A stretch of DNA of 53,610 nt, from contig RHPI01001616.1 of assembly GCA_009103225.1 (NCBI GenBank), forward strand, positions 316,757-370,366, given 5' to 3'. The stretch's first letter is position 1, and each line of letters opens with the position of its first letter. The notes under the pieces were generated by a model. The model worked only from the letters and a program-made list of their open reading frames with translations. It ran no database searches and was not told where the DNA came from. Of the stretch, positions 46,201 to 53,610 are shown in pieces. The position numbers and the translations under genes are program-made. This DNA comes from Chlorokybus atmophyticus (taxonomy: Eukaryota; Plantae; Mesostigma and Chlorokybus algae).

Positions 46201-46301
46201 ACCAACCTGTTGACAAGCACAAGCTCTGAATCCGTCAGGTCTTCGGATTGAGGCGTACGGAACTCCTCTTCCGACTCCATCACCGCATGGACTATCGACA
46301 T
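43260..46301 (-). CDS. CRBN: Cereblon (Lon N-terminal-like domain plus CULT domain; CRL4 substrate receptor); 8 exons
   Basis: Exons 46301-46207 (alternative ATG at 46280), 45634-45370, 45219-45115, 45028-44750, 44513-44148, 43909-43860, 43748-43616 and 43367-43260; phases are consistent. Motifs: VLPMFYLEGIVLFPNDKLPLRV, GTTAEI, KGRQRFR, LSFWVASKLPL, Zn ligands CRTC and CETC, AFVNSQGYVHE, SWFPGYAWTIA, HMGWLF, FWGL. Confidence 0.95.
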
Positions 46302-47261
46302 AATCGCATTTTCTGCGCACACACAAGGGTGTAACCAATGCACAAATCTGGTTGCAATTGACAAGTAGCGTGAAGACCAGACGATTTGACACGTACTGCC
46401 CTTGCATTTGTACAGTGCAATGGGACGTAACAGCTGTCTCATCGCAACAGCATACGCGCCACATGCACAGTGCGGTGCTTGGACAAGACAACTCGAGACA
46501 GCAAAGCCTATGCCCCTTGCTTGCTTGAATGGCAAACGCAGTGAATTGACAAGCTACGTTCAGAGAGCAATGCGACTACAAGCCTTTGAACAAGTCAGCT
46601 GAATTAAGCTAAGCTAAGCTAAGCTGTGCGACGTTATGCTTGCAATACCCCAAACCCTTTGCAGCTGCTTCATGCATGACGCAAGCAGATACGCTGCAGT
46701 CAGACCGGCGGACCATCAACAATGTGTTGCACCACAAACTGATGGCTACACATGACAAGCCTTCACCTTTGTCACACAGATTTCGCTACGCCGCCTTTAG
46801 CACCTCACCCAAGGAGTGTGCTAAGCTCGCATAGACAGCCAAAGCCGCCCAACCTACTCAGCCCCAAAAAGCGTGCAAACCAGATGGCCAGCCACACAAT
46901 GCGATGCGGCGTCTCCGCCTCCGTCTCCGCCGCGCCCGCCGCCGCCGCCGCCGCCTTATTCACCGTCTCCACGTAGCTAGGGCTGCAGTTAGAACTAACC
47001 ATGTCAGAAACCAGAGACGCGGTTTAGGAAAACCTGAGTTGATAGCTTCCGTCGTTTACACGTATAATTTCCAAAGAGGGTTTAGCATTGGGTTTCGGTC
47101 AGTCAACCAGGAACCAGGGGCTGATTGCCCTTGGATGCCTGCTTTGTCAGGTTAACGGCGGTGGTGGTGGTGGTGGCGCTGGGGTCGCTGTGCATGGTCC
47201 ACAACACCATGCTCAATCAGCTGAAGCTTTGATGGAATGAACAGCTGATTGTACATTCAGA
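46302..47261. promoter_or_regulatory. Divergent promoter / 5' leader region shared by CRBN and MED20
   Basis: Under 1 kb between opposite start codons; GC-rich core at 46900-46970; splice-site-like signals on both strands; (TAAGC)4 at 46605-46624. Confidence 0.55.
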
Positions 47262-49176
47262 ATGGGACTGAAATGGTGAGTTGCACTGCAGTTGCTCGTT
47301 TCTTCTTGCATGCTTGCTTACATGCTTGGCTGAAGCAAACGCAGCTGTCATAATACTGTGATCCAAATTGCTTGCAAGCTTCATGTAATCGCTAACAATC
47401 TGTGCACACATGTGATCACGTGCACAGCCGAGCGTCATTTGTCATGGCTGGTGTGCTTTGCAGTTTGAAGTGTTAGCCCCCTATGAGGCCAATCAATGAG
47501 CAGTGCAATTTTGTCGAGTCTTTCATTTCGTCATCAACAGCCATATGTAGCTGTAGGTGAAACAGAGCACGGAGATGTGTCCAATTCACTCCTCATGCGC
47601 AAGCGCAGTGTGAGTTGTTGCCGGCATGAACACTTCAAGCTGCCGGCAACAGCTCCGCGGTGTTCTTGATTTATGAGTCGAGACACAAGTGCACAAAGCT
47701 GCATGCTTAGCTTACTTGTGACAGCTACGATGGCAAAGTACGGGATTCCAGTACAACCATATGTTGCAACTAACCTGCTGCCACTTTTGGCTGCTACTGT
47801 TTGTCGCTGATCTTCTCTACGTGAGTTTCTTTCAGGGTGCTGCAATGGCTGCCAGCCACCTCACCCGACCGCCCGCCAGCTGGCGCGCCCGAAGCTGCTC
47901 GCATAGTTGAAGCTATGGGCGGCGTGCGAGTTGGACGCTGGCAGGTTGGTAAGAGTAGTCATCATCTTGCGCGCATGTTTGGGTTTGATGTTGCTGTGTT
48001 CCAACGTTATGATCAGTCCAGTTGCAGTGTACATATGCGCAACATCAAGGTTGGGCCGGACATCCCTACGGAAGTGGCTGGAGCACGTGACGTGACAATC
48101 GTGACGTTCAGGTGCGGATGTATGCACTGTATGTCGTGTGGCACACATGCAGTGCTACCTTGGGTGGTGAGGTAGTTGAGCATGCTGCATTGCGATTAGT
48201 TCAAGCACCTTGCAGTCCAGACTGTGCTGTACAAACCGCCGTCACCAGTGCTGTGCATAGTGTGTACTTTGCAATGCTCGTGCATGCACACAGTGTGCGT
48301 TGGCACAGAACAAAAGCCTGTTGCGCTCTTATGTACTCAATGCCTTGCATACTGGCCATGCCATGTTTTGCCCAAGCACATACAGTTGGTTCGCCTCTCA
48401 CTGTCATGGTATGTGCGCAGTGATGCCCCGGATAGGCGGTTTCTGTTGCTGCGGCCTGACCGTCTGGTGCTTGAGGCGGATGCGAGCGCTCCTGCTGCGC
48501 TTGACAGGGCGCAGCTGCTGCGCCCCCGCCTGACCATCCAGCTTGAGGCAAGTCCTTCATAACACCTATCGTCGTTGGAACTGTGCGGTGCTTTTTCTGC
48601 ATGCCTTGCAGGTGGGTATGTGTATATGCCAACATTGCTTTGCATGGCACTCTGACAGAGGTAGGTGGCAATCTGTCTGTGCAGGGTTTGCAGTTTAGTA
48701 TGGGAGACTTTGCTGTCAAGGTTGGCCGCGGCAGTTTATCACATGGGGAAAGCATGCGGGGAGTCATGCTTGAGGTATAGCGACAACACCCATGCAACCG
48801 TAATATATAACTGCAGGTGGAGTACATGCGCCTTGATTGTGATTGTACAATGGCTGTTGCCTGCAGGTAGAGTACAAGCCTGTGTCAATGTTGCCGGTTG
48901 GACGACCAATGGTGCACGATTTTGTGATGCAATGGCAGGTTGCATCCGCTGAGCTTGGCTTCAAAGGCCGGTGGGTGCAAGTACAGCATGCTGCCATCTG
49001 GCATGAACAGATGCGCATGGCATTGACTTGCAAATGTTGGCTGCAGGTTTTCATTAGCGGACCCCAACTATGCTGACTATGGGCTGGGACAGCTCTATAC
49101 CATGCGACATACGGCATCTCAATATGCAATGCTTTGTTCTGCCATGCTGCAGCAGATGCAAAGACCTGACCAATAA
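47262..49176 (+). CDS. MED20: Mediator of RNA polymerase II transcription subunit 20; 7 exons
   Basis: Exons 47262-47275 (14-nt MGLKW micro-exon), 47836-47944, 48017-48111, 48421-48547 (GC donor), 48685-48774, 48867-48970 and 49047-49176. The protein follows the plant MED20 pattern: KWVLQW, GRW, RLVLEAD, QFSMGDFAVKVG, RGVMLEVEYKP, DYGLGQLYTMRHTASQY. Confidence 0.9.
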
Positions 49177-49298
49177 CCATTGGCATGTTAGTGGTGTGCC
49201 CTGTTGGTCAAGTAACGTCATGAATGTGTTGCAAGTCGTAAGCGCTGTCGACTAGTAATGTGGCGTACATGCAACTCACTCGTTGCCCCCCCCCCCCC

Positions 49299-49597
49299 NN
49301 NNNNNNNNNNNNNNNNNNNNNNNNNNNNNNNNNNNNNNNNNNNNNNNNNNNNNNNNNNNNNNNNNNNNNNNNNNNNNNNNNNNNNNNNNNNNNNNNNNNN
49401 NNNNNNNNNNNNNNNNNNNNNNNNNNNNNNNNNNNNNNNNNNNNNNNNNNNNNNNNNNNNNNNNNNNNNNNNNNNNNNNNNNNNNNNNNNNNNNNNNNNN
49501 NNNNNNNNNNNNNNNNNNNNNNNNNNNNNNNNNNNNNNNNNNNNNNNNNNNNNNNNNNNNNNNNNNNNNNNNNNNNNNNNNNNNNNNNNNNNNNNNN
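49299..49597. other. Assembly gap (N run)
   Basis: N run with C-rich flanks. Confidence 1.
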
Positions 49598-51080
49598 TTC
49601 TCCCCCCCCCTCCCATTCGCACACCTCCCACCATCACCACCCTGGCAGCCCCTGTCTCTGCACTGCAACTTAGTGAATGAGTGAGTGAGACATGCTAGTG
49701 TACTGCACAGGGTATAGATACGTCATGCTTATAGCGGACCCACGCGTATTAGAACCAAGAGCCATTTGCTTATAACCAAGGTGCGCTGTTCCACACGCCT
49801 TGCTGCTGACACGCTGTCTGTGGTACGAAACACATTGGGCCGCATTGCCATTGGCAGCTGGGACGAATAATGGGTCTAACCTTGGCTGCCAGCACGGACG
49901 TTGCCTGCTTATTGATGACCAACCTTACCGGTAGGCTAACCCAACTAGGGACACGGTTACGGTGACTTAGGTCAACTGTGACATGTCCGGTTCAACCAGA
50001 CCGCCGGCCATTTGCGGCCCCTGCAGTTGACCCTGATTGTCAGGTGACAATGGGTTAATTATCAGTTGACCCCATTGTTACACCTGTAATGCTCAGGCTG
50101 TTCAAAAAGCACTCTGACGGCGAAGTCCCTAGCAGCCATTAATTAGGCCTACGAGAAGAAACTCACGCAACCAGACCTCCTCGTGCAATGCACGCCGTGA
50201 GTTTGGCGATAGGCCTACATATATCAGATACATTGGCATTGTTAAACTAGTTGTCGCGCAGCGTTGCAACTTGCATGACGGCGGCGGAGGCCGGCTGACA
50301 GGGAACACCGTGTCTCACACACGCCGTTTGTGACCTGCTATTTGCCACCCTACGTCGACCAGTGGATTCAACGGACATCGACCACACAGTCACAGTCAGC
50401 CGCTGACCGTCATCAATGTTGGCATTGTCGCACGAGGAGCAAAACTTTACACGTTCAAGAAGTCAGCACCTTGTGTTGTGCCGCAAATGCACAACCAAAG
50501 CTAGCAATCGCCACTGATGTTCAAATCGTATAGAGCTCTACTCGTTCCCCAGCATGGAAGGTAAAGTTTCAGCAGTGAGAAAATTGCTGTTCAATGTGCG
50601 GCATGGCGGCAGCGGCAATCAGACAGTCGGATTCGCCACTGCCGATCTGAGATCGCCGCGGCAGATCTTGTTGGTACGTTCCTGCGGCAACGAGGGCGGT
50701 GTGAGGCTTTGTGGCGGCGGGAGCCGCAACGGCAGCAGCAGGAGCGGCGTTGGTGGTGGCGGCGGCGGCGGCGGCGTCAGGCGCCGGATTGAGGTGGGCG
50801 GGGACGACCGAAGGGCGGAGGGTTGGATCTGGGTTGGAGGCGTTGGCGTTGGGAGGCGAGGAGGTGGGAGCCAGGTTGTGGAGAGCGGGTGCGTGCGGGG
50901 CGATTGAGAGGGCGGGATAGCTAGGGCTTCTGGGGGAGTGCTGGACGGGTGGGGTTGGGGTATGAAGCCTCAGCGTGGCAGCTGAAGGAGCTGTTGCTGA
51001 GGGCTACCTCGCCCCTCCTCCCCTTTTCTCTTTTCCTCTTGTCGTTTGTCTCCTCCCGTCTTAGGGAGGTGTTGACCATC

Positions 51081-52373
51081 ATGGCCGGCGCACGAAACCT
51101 CGCTGTGCTTGACGTCGCCTCGGCGATGGAGATGTGCGGCGATGATCGGGAGTTTTTGCTCTCCCTGCTGGTGAGACTATCTGCCAGTGCCATGCTTGCC
51201 GACCAATAGCACCACTAGAGCTCAGTTGAATGTTGACTGGCATCTACTGCTACAGCAGCATGGGTGATGGTGAGGGCCAACTATAGCATGCAGCTCTCTG
51301 CCGATCGCCAGTGTCACCAGCCAGGCACTATTGTCCGGGTGTTGCCTGCAAACTTGACTTGTATTGCAGCTTGTTGTGGTTCTTGATTGAGAGGTCATGG
51401 TTGCTTATGCGTGTGCAATTTGAGCATGCTGCCTGCCTTTGGTTTTAGTGACTGCGCCTGTTGTGTGGTTTTCATCAGAGACCCACACAACAGCCATGGC
51501 CCCGCCGAAGTGGCTGGTAATTGTTTTTAGCGCTAAGTACGTGTGCAATTGAGCCATCAACAAAAAGGTGCTTATGCGAAGGCCGCCTCATTTCAATGTG
51601 TTTCTTATTTGTCGAGTCATCAAGATACAAAGTAGACAAGATGCTTACTGTTATTGCTGAGGTATTTTGTTTTGGCGAACTATGCAGGACGAGCTCAAGA
51701 AGGTGATCACGGAAAAATGTGATGATATGCGCATTGCGCTGGGAGCATGTGGGATGTACCTGAACTTTGAAGCTGCTGATGCTGTCTACCGCGCGGCACA
51801 TTCGTTGAAAGGAGGCGCCTCGCAGCTCTCTGCGCTCGCTCTTGCCGGTAAGCATGGCTGATTCAATTATGCTCTGCTTCAACAACCGCAACCATCTCTC
51901 TGTGTGCACGTTCCAAATTCCCCAGTAGTTAGACATCTAGCTGCAGTTACATGACTAGCACGGCCTCCTGATGCAGTATGGTTTGTCGGTTCACTTCACT
52001 CAGCAACTCTAGATGGCAAGTCTGTGGGCATACCTCATGTCGATGCTCTGTAGCACAACTCATTGAGGTCTCAATACTGCAACAGCAAGTGTATGTTGCG
52101 GTAATTCCTAGCTAATCTTGTTGTGCTTTGAGTGATGAGTTTGAGGCGCATGCCGGCAGGCGTCCTCATTCAATGTTGTATTGCTTCTTTACAGATGTAG
52201 CATCCTCAACACAAGATGAGGGTCTGAAGTGCCTAGCGCTGTTGAAGAACCCCAATCCGTCTCCTGAAAGCCTTCAAAAGGAGGCTGACATCCTCCGCAT
52301 GATGCTGCATCAGATTGAAGTTGAGGGGCAGCGATTGTTTGTCGCAGTAGATCAGCTGCATGCTGCCTCATAG
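51081..52373 (+). CDS. Stand-alone histidine phosphotransfer (HPt) protein, ~142 aa; 3 exons
   Basis: Exons 51081-51170, 51688-51847 and 52195-52373; phases are consistent. It has an N-terminal LDVASAMEMCGDDREFL segment and the phospho-His motif YRAAHSLKGGASQLSA in a helical context. Confidence 0.88.
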
Positions 52374-53460
52374 AAATTAACTATTTTGCATTGGCAAGTC
52401 ATCATGCCAGCTGGTGGTCACTATTGCATGCACCAGATGCTCGCTCGGTTGACTGCTATCTAAGGTATACAACCAAGGGAGCGGCGGTTTTTGGTTGGAG
52501 CTTACATGCGCGAAGTGTACAATGGCTGTGGCTGCCTCGGCTATGCCTTTGTGCCTCGTTCTACTAGAGTGCCCTTCAGGGCACAGCTAAGCGCAGCACA
52601 ATGTATCAGCTCACCAACGGGGTCCTCTTGCTGCTCTGTTGGTGGCTGGCTAGTGTTAGTAGTCGTTTTAGAGAGCAGTTTCACGTGGGGTTGTGCAGCA
52701 ACCTGGTTCTTCAAGCAGAGGTGTTGTACATGTGACTTGGCCTGTGCTGCTACCATGTGTAAGCTGTGGTGCAAGGCAGAGTGTTGTGGATGTTGTTTAC
52801 TTACAGACATCTACCTGTCTATCAGTGCCAAGACAGTGTCCGCTCTGGGTTATTGATCATGGCAGACTGGCATGTCAAAGTAAGCCCGTCAGTTTTGAAT
52901 TGTGGATCATGGCAAATGTCAGCACAGTAGCATTTGTATTGTCAGTCGTGATGTGCATATTTACTCAGGTATATATTTCGCATGTGGCGGTGTTCGTAAT
53001 TGCTTATGTTTAACACAACCAGTTGTAGTAGTCTGTGGCCCCTTCCCGTGCAATCATGGCAGGTAGGCGTTCAAGAGGCAGGCTACTGATTTGAATCACG
53101 GCATGGTGGATGGTGGATGTCTTCACAATGATAACTCCGGCTGTTAAGAGTTGGTGATGCCTGTAATTTGCACATAATGATAACTCGCAAGAGTTGCTAA
53201 AAGCAAACTTTTAACTTGTAAGAGGTTACATGCAAAGCGTTACCCAAGATGTAGCAGCACATCAAGATTTGTTGATGTGCTGCAGTCGTTCGGCGGCAAC
53301 CAAGTAAAGCTTCAACAACATAATCAAAACTTTGATAGACATCATTACCCTAAGCTGCATGTGTGCCGCACACATTCATCTCTCGCATTTTCTGTGCACA
53401 CTTGCATGCCACAATCCCTGCATTCTATATGTTACATGCACGCACGCACGCACGCACGCA

Positions 53461-53491
<31 letters not shown>

Positions 53492-53610
53492 TACAGCCGC
53501 ATGACGCATGCACACAACAGCACGACATGCACTGGCAGATGCTCTATTTGATGTGATGACCCCGATGTTGTACACTATGCATGCATATACACGCGCGCGC
53601 GCGTGCCCCC

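Noticed and set aside
46752-47232. Possible small membrane protein made by joining 46883-46972 to 47151-47232
   Set aside because: Weak donor (GTAGCT), no homology cue; more simply the MED20 5' leader.
47821-47835. GTGAGT...TTCAG as an intron
   Set aside because: 15 nt is too short; the acceptor is better served by the donor at 47276.
50577-51004. Long Pro/Ala-rich open frame on the minus strand
   Set aside because: No start codon until near its end; explained by a GC-rich leader or intron of the HPt gene.
1-53610. CRISPR arrays, rRNA, tRNA, prophage or operon-like systems
   Set aside because: No regularly spaced repeat-spacer units or recognisable structural RNA; the genes are spliceosomal and functionally unrelated.

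Overview
This is eukaryotic, intron-rich nuclear DNA from the green lineage (a green alga or early streptophyte alga; inferred from plant-like MED20, DHFS, SEC15 and SufE, and from short GT/GC-AG introns filled with CA/CG-alternating tracts). The ORF track mostly shows single exons or noise, so I spliced the genes by hand, checking exon phases. Twelve protein genes result: SufE (+), dihydrofolate synthase (-), SRAP/HMCES (-), a KMO-like FAD monooxygenase (+), SEC15 (-), an acyl-protein thioesterase (+), an MgtC/SapB membrane protein (-), a START-domain protein (+), a 95-aa orphan (-), cereblon (-), MED20 (+) and a stand-alone HPt protein (+). Several pairs sit head-to-head. Accessory DNA includes a decayed Penelope-like RT fragment (its flanking sequence has a second diverged copy 34 kb away), a probable decayed hAT transposase, hairpin/MITE-like elements, microsatellites and three assembly gaps with poly-C edges. 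I found no rRNA, tRNA or CRISPR, and no convincing multi-gene novel system. The best leads are the non-AHP-type HPt, the eukaryotic MgtC, the KMO-like enzyme with a possible TE-filled first intron, the orphan, and the HMCES tail with CDK sites and a PIP box. All family assignments come from motif recognition only; no database search was run.
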